In this document: in pieces, positions 15,827 through 25,476 of the stretch
Position numbering within the stretch: position 1 is the first letter of the stretch
Layout: the number at the start of each line of letters is the position of its first letter
Origin: a bacterium
Lineage (GTDB): Bacteria > Hinthialibacterota > Hinthialibacteria > Hinthialibacterales > Hinthialibacteraceae
Direction of reading: 5' to 3'
Length of the DNA: 64,000 bases
NCBI GenBank assembly: GCA_963662285.2
Contig: CAXXMV010000002.1
Coordinates: forward strand, 416,001-480,000
Position numbers and translations under genes: made by a program
Notes under the pieces: generated by a model
The model's input: the letters and a program-made list of their open reading frames with translations, nothing else
The model's database searches: none
What the model was told of the DNA's origin: nothing

Positions 15827-18802
15827 TTAATTTGAATCCTCTTTGGTTGGTTCCTCGATCTTGATGACGCCTAAATCACGCACTTCTCCCGGTTGACCGG
15901 GGGCGATGGGGATGGTGGTTAATAATTTACCATATCCTCCGGCATCTTTGATTTTTATGATTCCTCCTTCTACCGGAACATGCTCTAATAAAAAAGTACC
16001 ATCTTTTAGATCGATTTCCGTTCTATGAAAAGCACGGTTTAAATTGTTGATGCCCAAACGGTCTTCGTGGATATTAAAATTATCCATTGTTATTTCAAAT
16101 AGAACATACGGTGGGTCTATATAATCTAACATTGTTCTCTCATAGATTAACTGCCCTTTTATTGAAAATGATTGAGTGTCATGAGTGAGAACAATCGTTT
16201 TTTCTTCATCCCTTTGAAGAGTAAAACCTTCGGATAATGTCGGCGCCGTATTTTCCGTACGTACAGATAAAAGGAAAGGACCGTCTGCAATTTCAATTTT
16301 GTCAAAATGAAATGCTCCTTCGGGATGCGAAACGTTCTGAACCAGGTAATCTCCGAATCTTGGATTACTCGGCAGTAAAAATATTGTATAGTCTTTTATG
16401 GGATTGTTATCATTCCCTAAAACAGTACCAGCAATGGATGCATAGCCATCATTGTACTTTTTCAAGACGATTTTAATATCTTTAGCAGCCCATTGAGTAA
16501 ATTCTTGACTGAATGCAAAATAATCATCCTTTGCTCTAATTGACAAGATGGTTTTTTCAAAATCATCTTTTTGGGGAATTTCCAAAAATGCATTGTAAGA
16601 ATTTTCAAAATTCAGAACAAATTGACCATTCTCATCGGTCCATGAATGAGCCCAGTAATCATAATCTTTACTCCTGGATTTCAAAATCCCTTGTATCGGA
16701 ATTCGGCTTAAAGGATTTTCTTTTTCATCTACCACCACACCGGCAAAGTAATCATTATTAACTTCCAGAACAAAATCCAAATTAGTCACTGGAATGTTTG
16801 GCTGAATGATTATATTCTTCTTTATCCCTCTATAGTAACCCTTCTTTTGTTGGGTATATATATTATATTCACCAGAAATAACCGCCCGTTGATATTTACC
16901 CTCCGCATCTGTTACTGTCCATATATCTTCCTTCTGCTTAATTTTTGGCTGAAAATAAACACCGATGTTTTCCATTGGTTTCCCAGAAGAATCAACTACT
17001 TTACCTTGAACCAGTGTTTTGGGATCGTATATAATCTCGATGTTCTTAATTTCTTCTCCAAGAGAAGGATCTATCTCGATTTGTCCTGAATCACCATACA
17101 AGGGATGATGGGATTGAAGGTAAAACTCATTATCCGAAACATAATAATCCAATATCAGTTTGAAGCGCCCTTCATTATCTGTTTTAAGAGACTGATCGAT
17201 TTTATTTTTGGGATATACTTTTGCGTAATTATGTTCTACGTCGCGCCAGATAAAAATTTCACATTTTTGTAAAGGTTGTCCTTCACTCAAACAAACCCGC
17301 CCAGAAACGCTCCATGATTTCTCTAAATAAAGGTTTATATTTTCAACCTGAGTTTCATTTTCTAATATAAGAATCGGATTCGGTTCCGGTTTGATCTTTG
17401 AATAGAGTAAGGGCGCAATCTCATGCCAAGAGATACTATTCCTTTTATATTCTGCATATATATCTGAATCCTTTCTATAATAATAAGGTGATTGAGTTAT
17501 GTAATTGATATGTGGATATATGGCAATAACGTAGGAACCGCCCGCCAACGAGTTGAAAAGGTAACTACCATCGGAATTAGTTGTTGTTTGCGCGTCTGGA
17601 GGTACGTTATACCTTTTTTTATCATAGTTCCAAAATACTTGTTTGTTTTTTAAAGTTTCGATATCGTATGCGATTACTTTTATATCACTGACTGGTTGTC
17701 CGCTATCTTTCTCAAAGACTCTCCCCGAAACAGAATATTCTCTATTCTCCAACGCCAGAGTTACTTCATGCCGGTCTTTAACAAGTTTGATTTCACATTG
17801 TGACTTTTCCCCGCTTGTATACCATACATGCTCAGCATAAATCACATATTCACCAGGAGGAACATCCTCGAAGGTAGTGAAACCGGCAGTATCGCTGGTT
17901 TCGCTGATCATCATAATGCTTCCAGTACCGGGTTTTGATTTCAAGGTAACTTTGGCGGAAAAAATTGGTTCGGATTCTACGTTTTGCACATAAACGATAA
18001 TCCGTCCTTTGGTTCTTAAATGCATAGTCGCTGGTTGTAATTCGGCATCTACATGAACAGCTTCTTCATGGATCAAATATCCAGCAGCGCTTACGCTGAC
18101 AAGATAACTACCCGCTGCGATAGGAGAGAATAATGCTCCGCCGTTTTCGCTAGTAGAACGGTCTTCCAAATCGGCGCCATCGACGCGCAACGTATCAGTG
18201 GTTGGAGTAATAGTGACTTTTGCTCCAACTACTGATTGTTCATCCTGGTTAATCACATTGAGTTGTAATGCCGCTTTGACGGCAACCAGCATTTCAAGAC
18301 TGTTGTCACCTGATGTCAGATTGCAGTCTAACTGGTTTCCAAACGTAGTGTTGTTGTTAGCGATAGTAACAGTAGTATTTACTGCATTCAGCCTATTTAG
18401 AGTAAGCGTTCCATCTTTATCCAGCGACTGTTGAAGTGCGTCATCTCCATTTTGGATGAATACTTGCTCGTTTGATAAGGGTTGACCTGACATATCACGA
18501 ACCATCAGGATGAGATTGGCTGTTTCCGGCTCGGTGACAATGGTTGACGATTGATCATCTGATTCGCCTGGCTGTTCATTGGCGTTGACAATGATATTGC
18601 TGGAATCAACCGTGATTTCTTCGCCTGCTTTGATCGATTTTTTAATCAATCCATCGTTACTGACAAACTGTACTTCCCCGGATTCCACTGAAATAGTCAT
18701 CGACTTGGGCGGCGCAGCCCATAAAGACAGTCCATGAATACACAATACCAACAACGCAATCACCAACGAATAATATGGGGAAAATCTTTTATATTTATAC
18801 AT
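15827..18802 (-). CDS. Secreted carboxypeptidase-regulatory-like (transthyretin/Cna-type) repeat protein with an N-terminal FecR C-terminal fragment
   Basis: AGGAG RBS and signal peptide; TISVESGEVQF...IKAGEEITV; many G.V.D..G.P....V / T...G.Y....L..G.Y repeats. Confidence 0.8.
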   Translation of the reverse strand: MYKYKRFSPYYSLVIALLVLCIHGLSLWAAPPKSMTISVESGEVQFVSNDGLIKKSIKAGEEITVDSSNIIVNANEQPGESDDQSSTIVTEPETANLILMVRDMSGQPLSNEQVFIQNGDDALQQSLDKDGTLTLNRLNAVNTTVTIANNNTTFGNQLDCNLTSGDNSLEMLVAVKAALQLNVINQDEQSVVGAKVTITPTTDTLRVDGADLEDRSTSENGGALFSPIAAGSYLVSVSAAGYLIHEEAVHVDAELQPATMHLRTKGRIIVYVQNVESEPIFSAKVTLKSKPGTGSIMMISETSDTAGFTTFEDVPPGEYVIYAEHVWYTSGEKSQCEIKLVKDRHEVTLALENREYSVSGRVFEKDSGQPVSDIKVIAYDIETLKNKQVFWNYDKKRYNVPPDAQTTTNSDGSYLFNSLAGGSYVIAIYPHINYITQSPYYYRKDSDIYAEYKRNSISWHEIAPLLYSKIKPEPNPILILENETQVENINLYLEKSWSVSGRVCLSEGQPLQKCEIFIWRDVEHNYAKVYPKNKIDQSLKTDNEGRFKLILDYYVSDNEFYLQSHHPLYGDSGQIEIDPSLGEEIKNIEIIYDPKTLVQGKVVDSSGKPMENIGVYFQPKIKQKEDIWTVTDAEGKYQRAVISGEYNIYTQQKKGYYRGIKKNIIIQPNIPVTNLDFVLEVNNDYFAGVVVDEKENPLSRIPIQGILKSRSKDYDYWAHSWTDENGQFVLNFENSYNAFLEIPQKDDFEKTILSIRAKDDYFAFSQEFTQWAAKDIKIVLKKYNDGYASIAGTVLGNDNNPIKDYTIFLLPSNPRFGDYLVQNVSHPEGAFHFDKIEIADGPFLLSVRTENTAPTLSEGFTLQRDEEKTIVLTHDTQSFSIKGQLIYERTMLDYIDPPYVLFEITMDNFNIHEDRLGINNLNRAFHRTEIDLKDGTFLLEHVPVEGGIIKIKDAGGYGKLLTTIPIAPGQPGEVRDLGVIKIEEPTKEDSN

Positions 18803-18833
18803 GATTTATCTCCTGATTTAGTTTTTACTGACG

Positions 18834-19424
18834 TTATTCATCTAGTCTTATATTGAACACTGTTCCTATCACCTCAATTTTACCAAACGGTGTTTGAACC
18901 AACATCAGCCGTTCAGTATCTTTGGCGGCTTCCACCCGGATCGCGCCTCCCTGCAGTGAGATATTCCGCTCGGATCCAAAGCGGACGGCGATCTGAGTTT
19001 CTGGTGAGCAGCTCAATAATGATTGGTCTTTCAAAAGAATTTTGGCCGAAATTCCTTTGGGAACCATAACAAAATTCCCGCTTTGTAATTCATTGAGCCA
19101 CAAGCGGGAAACTTGCGTTTCTTGTTGGTTGGATTCATAAACGAATTGGACTGATTGAACTGGTCCTGACACAGGTTGAACGATGTAGAATAAGCCTATA
19201 ATAACGAAGATTAGCAGCGTATAGGCTGCCGTATGACTCCAAGTTAATTGTGGGTGAAATAACCATGAAATAACAGATAATGGAGAACGGTTTTTTTTTG
19301 AAAATCGCGCTGAGGCTTCTTTCAAAAAACGTTTTTTTGCCAATTCCCGATTGTAAGAAACAGCGCATTGGTTGATGCTATCGCGTAATTTCTCTTCGAA
19401 TGGCGTTAAAGAATCTCTATTCAT
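18834..19424 (-). CDS. FecR-domain anti-sigma factor, C-terminally truncated
   Basis: One TM (AAYTLLIFVIIGLFYIV); LKDQSLL...RNISLQGG...VQTPFGKIEVIGTVFNI; overlaps the ECF sigma stop. Confidence 0.8.
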   Translation of the reverse strand: MNRDSLTPFEEKLRDSINQCAVSYNRELAKKRFLKEASARFSKKNRSPLSVISWLFHPQLTWSHTAAYTLLIFVIIGLFYIVQPVSGPVQSVQFVYESNQQETQVSRLWLNELQSGNFVMVPKGISAKILLKDQSLLSCSPETQIAVRFGSERNISLQGGAIRVEAAKDTERLMLVQTPFGKIEVIGTVFNIRLDE

Positions 19425-19987
19425 GATACTCGTTCCTCTATAATCGGCTGAATGGATTCACGCAGGCGTTTCCTAGCGCGACCCAGTAAGTTTTTTACAT
19501 GATCAATCGTGATTTCAAGCGTATTTGCAATTTGTTGATGAGATTGTTCTTCGAGAAGCCGCATTATAATTGCAGTACGTTGCAGAGGAGGCATGTTTTG
19601 TATTTCAGATTCAATAGTCTGACGAATGCGTTTTTCATGTAAATGTGTTAATGGGCATTTTTCATCCTGGTTGACATCATCCACCGTTGGAGCAATTTGA
19701 TGCAGCGATACGGTTAATAAGCCCTTTTTCTTCATACGATCAATGCAGCGGTTTCGTACAATACGGCGTAAATACGCTGAAAGAGTACCCTGCTCTTGTT
19801 TATAACGGCCTGAGCGTAAAGCCTCTAAAAAACTAATAAGCGATTCTTGTATGATATCTTCGGCGTCGTTCACCTGGCCTAAAAGCATATAACTAAGCCG
19901 CATTAGTGAATCGGCGTAGCGTTCAAAGAGTTCTTCGAATGCGCCGGGATAGCCCTCTATGAGCCTGTTTTCCAATGAATCGTTCAC
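19421..19987 (-). CDS. ECF RNA polymerase sigma factor
   Basis: AFEELFERY, DAEDIIQE (region 2), YLRRIVRNRCID, region 4 SHQQIANTL..VKNLLGRARKRLRE. Confidence 0.93.
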   Translation of the reverse strand: MNDSLENRLIEGYPGAFEELFERYADSLMRLSYMLLGQVNDAEDIIQESLISFLEALRSGRYKQEQGTLSAYLRRIVRNRCIDRMKKKGLLTVSLHQIAPTVDDVNQDEKCPLTHLHEKRIRQTIESEIQNMPPLQRTAIIMRLLEEQSHQQIANTLEITIDHVKNLLGRARKRLRESIQPIIEERVS

Positions 19988-20166
19988 GAGCGCTCCATCT
20001 AATTGTTTATTGCATCTTAACCTTTATACGATAATTTCAGAAAAAGGGTAGCAAAGCAATTTTATTACTTGATATGAATGTAAATTGAGATTGGATTCAT
20101 CTTGTAATGATAAAGGAATAAATTTGAGGGAAAATGTGATTATAAACGAAAATACGGCTCTATTGC

Positions 20167-22086
20167 TTATCGAACGATTTGATAGACCACAATTTGTCCG
20201 GGATTATCTGGATAGGCGTCGAAAACCATTTGTAGATGCGCTTGGTTTTTATCCATCCATTGTTGAAGAAAATCGCCTAGCGGCCAGCCGTAGGGGCCAT
20301 AGGATTTTCGTAGACGGTTTAATTCTGACTGGTTGAACAATATATGGGTGATGGTTCGATCCAAACCTTTTTCCAGGGGATGGTGGTTGAATACGGTTGG
20401 CGCGATGGCTTCAAAACGCGCTCCGTAGGATTGCGCTTCTCCAACGAATAACACCCGGCCAACGCGGCGGCCTTCCTCTTTTTGCAGGTTCAGCCAATCG
20501 ATGGCTCTGTAATGAGGAACCCTTTTAGCCAGGTACATATCTTCCAGCATAGGTTGGACGAGATAACCAGCGGTTTCATCTTTTAGTATTATGGTTGTGA
20601 TGCCCAAAATTTGTATGGCTGCTATTACTAGAGCGAAACCTCTAATAGCAATATCGGCGCCGTCCCTGGATAGGACATAAATTCCATAGCCGCCCAGCAG
20701 TGCCATCAGGGGCAGGATCGATGCCAGGAAGCGGTCATTTCTCTGCGTCAAAAAGAACCAGGCGCAATATGCTGTGGTCATGAATATTATTGACCTGTAT
20801 ATGGGGTGGTTTCTGGCAGTTTTCCAAATCAATGGAATGCCCAGCAGCCATAATGCCGAGAATCCTAATGGGATGGATTGAGCAAGGCTTTTCTGAAATG
20901 GCAGTGACATTATATCCAATGTAATGTTCCATGTGGAACTTAATTTTGGCGCATGAACCAGCGAGAACATTTCGGAAAAGAAATCCGGTGAATTTACGAA
21001 GTATGGCGTAAGCAGTGGGAACACAGGATTTTGATATAAAAACCAATTACGGATTGCCCAAGGCAGGAAGATCGCAACGCCGCCGCATAAAATCAGGAAT
21101 AATGGAACAAATATGCGTTTTTGAAGCGTGTTCTTTATATCAAATAATATCATTACACAGAAAGGCAAGCCGATGGATAGCGCAGCGATATATTTTGATC
21201 CAAAAGCGAAACCCAACGCAGCCGCCATCATTACCGCATCTATCGGGCGTTTTTCGGTTCGGTATCGCTCATAGGCCATCAGTAATATTATGGCTGAGGC
21301 GCTTAATGCCAGATCAATGTTGGCCTGGATTATCAGGCGCTGGGTCAGTCCGGTAGCCAGAAAAAAAAGAGGCGCCAACAGGTTATTGGAAGGTATGCCC
21401 CATATTCGGCCTAGCCTCCATACCGCTAAAGCCGCAATGCAGGCGAATAGCAGATTTATGGCAGTGCATCCAGCCGGGCTTCGCGAGGCCAGAGGCCACA
21501 TATAAAGCAATTCCGTATTCATGGGAAAAGCGGCGTAGACATTATATGGAAAGGCAACCCATGATCCTGTTTTTATATAATGATCCGGCGCCGCGAGATG
21601 GTATTCATGCGCATCATACCCCACTGGGGGTAAAACGGCGGCTATGATTCCAAGTAATAACACGACAGTTAATAGGGTGAGTTCCAGGCGGGATAGGCTC
21701 TGTAGATCAAGTTTGTAATTCGCTAAATCAATTATTCTGTTGCGCCACCAACCCCAGGAGGCGAGAATTAAGATTAGAGATGAGCCGTAGATCATCCAGG
21801 GGAAAGCCAGATGGATGGTTAATAATATAAACGCATAGGCGCTGGCCAGGCACAGAGATAGAAAACTGGCGTAAATCAGGCGCTCAATATTATCAAGTGA
21901 TTGGTTCGATGAAATCCGGTCTAGCAACAGGTTGGCAATTGGAAAGAATGATAAAAGTGGAAGCAGACCCAACAGCAGCGCCCGCAGATGTAATGTCGGC
22001 AATAGCAGCCAGGGATTGGCGTATAACAGGACGCCAAGAATGATTATCGCTAAGGCAAGCGTGAATATGGGTTGCTTTGGTTTCAT
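20167..22086 (-). CDS. Polytopic membrane protein, GT-C-fold glycosyltransferase-like
   Basis: More than 12 TM segments; loop PPVGYDAHEYHL, FP.NTELLY, GSKY, PWAIRNW...NPVFP, RFL..LP. Confidence 0.65.
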   Translation of the reverse strand: MKPKQPIFTLALAIIILGVLLYANPWLLLPTLHLRALLLGLLPLLSFFPIANLLLDRISSNQSLDNIERLIYASFLSLCLASAYAFILLTIHLAFPWMIYGSSLILILASWGWWRNRIIDLANYKLDLQSLSRLELTLLTVVLLLGIIAAVLPPVGYDAHEYHLAAPDHYIKTGSWVAFPYNVYAAFPMNTELLYMWPLASRSPAGCTAINLLFACIAALAVWRLGRIWGIPSNNLLAPLFFLATGLTQRLIIQANIDLALSASAIILLMAYERYRTEKRPIDAVMMAAALGFAFGSKYIAALSIGLPFCVMILFDIKNTLQKRIFVPLFLILCGGVAIFLPWAIRNWFLYQNPVFPLLTPYFVNSPDFFSEMFSLVHAPKLSSTWNITLDIMSLPFQKSLAQSIPLGFSALWLLGIPLIWKTARNHPIYRSIIFMTTAYCAWFFLTQRNDRFLASILPLMALLGGYGIYVLSRDGADIAIRGFALVIAAIQILGITTIILKDETAGYLVQPMLEDMYLAKRVPHYRAIDWLNLQKEEGRRVGRVLFVGEAQSYGARFEAIAPTVFNHHPLEKGLDRTITHILFNQSELNRLRKSYGPYGWPLGDFLQQWMDKNQAHLQMVFDAYPDNPGQIVVYQIVR

Positions 22087-22511
22087 TACGCCCTACCTGA
22101 GTCCAGGAAGCCTTGTAGAATCCATGCGGCGGCGGTTTTGTCGATCACTTGTTTACGTTTTTTACGGGATACGTCGCCTTCAAGCAGCGCCCGCTGGGCG
22201 GCATGAGTCGAGTAGCGTTCATCCCACATGCGAACGGTTATTTTGAATCTTTCGCGGATTTTCGATGCCAGAGTCTTGGCTTCGTCCGTCATTTCGCTGG
22301 ATGAACCATCAAGGCGTCGCGGCATGCCTACTACTACAAGAGTAACGTTCTCTTTTTGAATGATGACTTCCATTTTATCAAGTGCATCATCATGAGATTC
22401 AGGTTCAAGCGTATCATAGGGTTGCCCGGTTATGCGCAATTCATCCGATAAAGCCAATCCGATGCGTTTGGTTCCTACGTCCAATGCTAAAATTCGTCCA
22501 CTACTGCTCAC
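22086..22511 (-). CDS. ruvX: YqgF/RuvX pre-16S rRNA nuclease
   Basis: ILALDVGTKRIGLALSD, VVGMP, DERYST, DKTAAAWILQGFLD. Confidence 0.95.
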   Translation of the reverse strand: MSSSGRILALDVGTKRIGLALSDELRITGQPYDTLEPESHDDALDKMEVIIQKENVTLVVVGMPRRLDGSSSEMTDEAKTLASKIRERFKITVRMWDERYSTHAAQRALLEGDVSRKKRKQVIDKTAAAWILQGFLDSGRA

Positions 22512-23530
22512 GTTTTATTCTCCGGTATACTGAAAAGTGAAAATCGCTCTCTAGATGAAATGCTGAAACTATGACGGGGCTGATTTTCATCACGTCCGAT
22601 CTTGATATTCCTGTTCAGGTGTGCAGCCCAATATTGCAGATTGCTTTTTCCCGCACCGTAGACGATTGAGATGTCCTTGGGATTTATGATGATTTGCGTC
22701 TGGTTGCTATCTTTCATTATTGATGTAATGGCTTCTCTGGCAAGGCGTGATTCGATTTCATGGCGTAATGCGGGATGCCAGGGACCGGCGATAACCTTGT
22801 CGGCGCCGTCGCCGTCTTGGTCAGATAGTGCCAAGCCGATGCGGGCTATCGTTATATCGGCTTTAAAGAATAACCGGTATGCATGGCTGCACTGCGTTAT
22901 GGCCTGTTCGATGGTCATAGGTTGATAATCGTTGCGGTGATGCATTTTTTCCAAAGGCGTACCATGCAGAACCAGGGTTGGCGAGATACGTACTAAATCC
23001 GGGTGCAGCTGAACGGTCTCATCAACTGTTTCATAGAACGAAGACTCTGATTGTGCGGGTAAGCCGCACATTATATGAAGCCCCAGGATGAATCCGTGAG
23101 CAATAATCCTTTGGCATGCGTCCCGTATATCATCTGCAGAATGGCCGCGTCCACTGCGTTGCAGGACGTGGTCATCGAATGATTCAGCGCCCAGTTCGAT
23201 GGTTCGTACGCCATTAGCCCATAAAAACTCAAGCGTAGCATCTGATACGCAGTCCGGGCGGGTTGAGATTCGGATTGAACAATTATTGATCTTATTAATA
23301 TACGGATTGACCAGGGCGAAGCACTCTGCCATTTTTTCCTGTGATTGGCCGCTGAACGTCCCGCCATAAAAGGCGATTTCCCAGTTTTGGTCGGAATGTT
23401 GCGGGATAGATTCCAACATATTGCGCCAGTTGTCTTTATGCTCCGCGTCACCTGTTACTAATGGTTGGTTGCAATAGACGCACTGATGGGGGCAGCCTTT
23501 ATGGGGAAGGTAAATAGGTAGGATTTTCAT
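22508..23530 (-). CDS. Elp3-like radical SAM protein
   Basis: LPIYLPHKGCPHQCVYCNQ, IAFYGGTF, IRISTRPD, IELGAES, AGPWHPA. Confidence 0.85.
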   Translation of the reverse strand: MKILPIYLPHKGCPHQCVYCNQPLVTGDAEHKDNWRNMLESIPQHSDQNWEIAFYGGTFSGQSQEKMAECFALVNPYINKINNCSIRISTRPDCVSDATLEFLWANGVRTIELGAESFDDHVLQRSGRGHSADDIRDACQRIIAHGFILGLHIMCGLPAQSESSFYETVDETVQLHPDLVRISPTLVLHGTPLEKMHHRNDYQPMTIEQAITQCSHAYRLFFKADITIARIGLALSDQDGDGADKVIAGPWHPALRHEIESRLAREAITSIMKDSNQTQIIINPKDISIVYGAGKSNLQYWAAHLNRNIKIGRDENQPRHSFSISSRERFSLFSIPENKT

Positions 23531-23654
23531 TAGAGTATTTGCATATTAATTGGTTAGATATCCAAATATCCTTTACCACAAGTCGAGGTAAAACTAAAGA
23601 GGGGATGGTTCTATCAAACCTTGTTCTATCCATTTAAAAATAATTAGACCTGCT

Positions 23655-24374
23655 TTAATCTTCGTCTAACGCCAGGGTGGATAGTGCGTCAGAAGCAGCT
23701 GCTTTTTCAGCCCTTTTTTTACTTTTCCCTTTTCCATGCCCAATGCGCTTGTCCCGGATGAATACTTCAACGATGAAATCTTTGTCGTGGTCTGGACCAA
23801 CAGCTGATAAAAGTCGATAAGAAGGCAATACGCCAAATTCTTTTTGAACTTGTTCCTGAAGCTGAGATTTATAATCAATTATGCTCTCGCCCCGAACTGC
23901 TTTTTCAATTTCATCGGTTAATTGTTTTCGGACGAATTCTTTCGATGCTTCAATTCCGCAGGCCAGATGAATCGCTCCGACAATGCTTTCGAATAAATTG
24001 CCTAAAATGGAAAAGCGGTTACGACCTCCGGTCTGTTCTTCACCTTTTCCCAAGAGAAGGTTCTCACCGATGTCGAGTTCAACCGTGAGTTGCGACAATA
24101 TACGCTTGCTCACAACTATTGACTTTATCTTGGATAACTGGCCTTCACGCAAATTGGGATATCCATTGTATAGCAATTCGGTGACGGTGAAACCAACCAC
24201 GGCGTCACCCAGGAATTCCAGGCGTTCGTTGCCGAAATCGGCGCAATCTTCTTCTTCGTTGGCGTATGAACTATGGCATAGAGCCAGATGCAGTAATGAT
24301 GGATCCATATCCGGGAATCCTAGTTTTTGGGCTAGTTCCCGCATTTCCTGCTCTCGTTGGGAATCCAATCTCAT
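23655..24374 (-). CDS. rnc: Ribonuclease III
   Basis: ALCHSSY, NERLEFLGDAV, dsRBD DYKSQLQE...GPDH...GKGKSKKRAEKAAA. Confidence 0.97.
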   Translation of the reverse strand: MRLDSQREQEMRELAQKLGFPDMDPSLLHLALCHSSYANEEEDCADFGNERLEFLGDAVVGFTVTELLYNGYPNLREGQLSKIKSIVVSKRILSQLTVELDIGENLLLGKGEEQTGGRNRFSILGNLFESIVGAIHLACGIEASKEFVRKQLTDEIEKAVRGESIIDYKSQLQEQVQKEFGVLPSYRLLSAVGPDHDKDFIVEVFIRDKRIGHGKGKSKKRAEKAAASDALSTLALDED

Positions 24375-24593
24375 GAGCAACTCTCCCTTGTTGAGATATC
24401 ACGAATTAGTAAACATTTGAATTAGCGGGTTTTATCCAATTCAAAAATGATCGTGAATCGTGGATTGGGCATTCCCCCGTCGATAATCGTAAGCCAGATA
24501 TCGTCTTTGACATCTGAATTCAGATTGTCCGCGGCGATCGCCAATCGTTATATGTATTTTACATAGTTTTTCTTAGAGTGAAATAGAACTGCT

Positions 24594-25295
24594 TTAATCA
24601 AGGATAGATTGTAGAAGAAATGCAACGGCGGTGTCGTATTCATCATGCATTTCAGCCAAATCGTGTACTCGTGATTCTGAAATCTCTTCTTCTATCCGAG
24701 TCTCTGGTTTAATTAGAAAACAAACTACCAAGCCTTTTTCCATCTCTTCTGTAAGGATTTTATGGAGAACGCCAAGACAAGAACCTGGAATCGTGACTAG
24801 TTCACGCATGTCTAGTAAAACCAGTCTCTTCTTTCCTGTATTACCGCCTAATGCGGATTGAATTCGACCCATGGATTCGACGCTTACCCGTCCCCCGAGT
24901 TTGAGTATATCAATCATTCCTGCTTTAGATTTTTCAAGAATAAGGTTGTCCCGGTGGGCGCCATGACGCATTTCCTCGATAATATCCTGCTGATTGACGG
25001 AAATAACTCTTACTTGAAATGTACCCCGGCTTTCAGCGCGGCTTACATGCGCTTCAAATGAAGTGTTTGATTCCATTATCTCTGTAGAGGATATCTGTTC
25101 ACCATTCCACGAAGCGGGCGTGGGCATGAGAAATATTACTTTCCCGCGAGAGGTATTCCACGAAGAACTTAGATCAAGATAAGAACCTCTTTGATCGATA
25201 AAAGATGCAAAAAAGGTTTTTTGGCTTTCTTTATCCACGCAAACATAGAGTTGGCGCTTTTGTTCTTCTTCTTTAGGTTTTCCTGGAATAGTCAT
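24594..25295 (-). CDS. Hypothetical protein with a C-terminal STAS-like domain
   Basis: ILKLGGRVS...LVLLDMRELVTIPGSCLGVL resembles STAS; N-terminal half unrecognised. Confidence 0.5.
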   Translation of the reverse strand: MTIPGKPKEEEQKRQLYVCVDKESQKTFFASFIDQRGSYLDLSSSWNTSRGKVIFLMPTPASWNGEQISSTEIMESNTSFEAHVSRAESRGTFQVRVISVNQQDIIEEMRHGAHRDNLILEKSKAGMIDILKLGGRVSVESMGRIQSALGGNTGKKRLVLLDMRELVTIPGSCLGVLHKILTEEMEKGLVVCFLIKPETRIEEEISESRVHDLAEMHDEYDTAVAFLLQSILD

Positions 25296-25476
25296 GGTAT
25301 TTGGAGATATTCTTTCGTATGAATATAGTAAAAGAGTATAATAATTTCTTCTTATAGATATCTAGTTTGTTAAAATAATGTTCAGATTTACAACTTTATT
25401 ATAAATCAGAATAAATTTCCAGGGATTTGATGCTGATAACTAACTAATGAAATCACGCAAAGATTTTATCATCATA

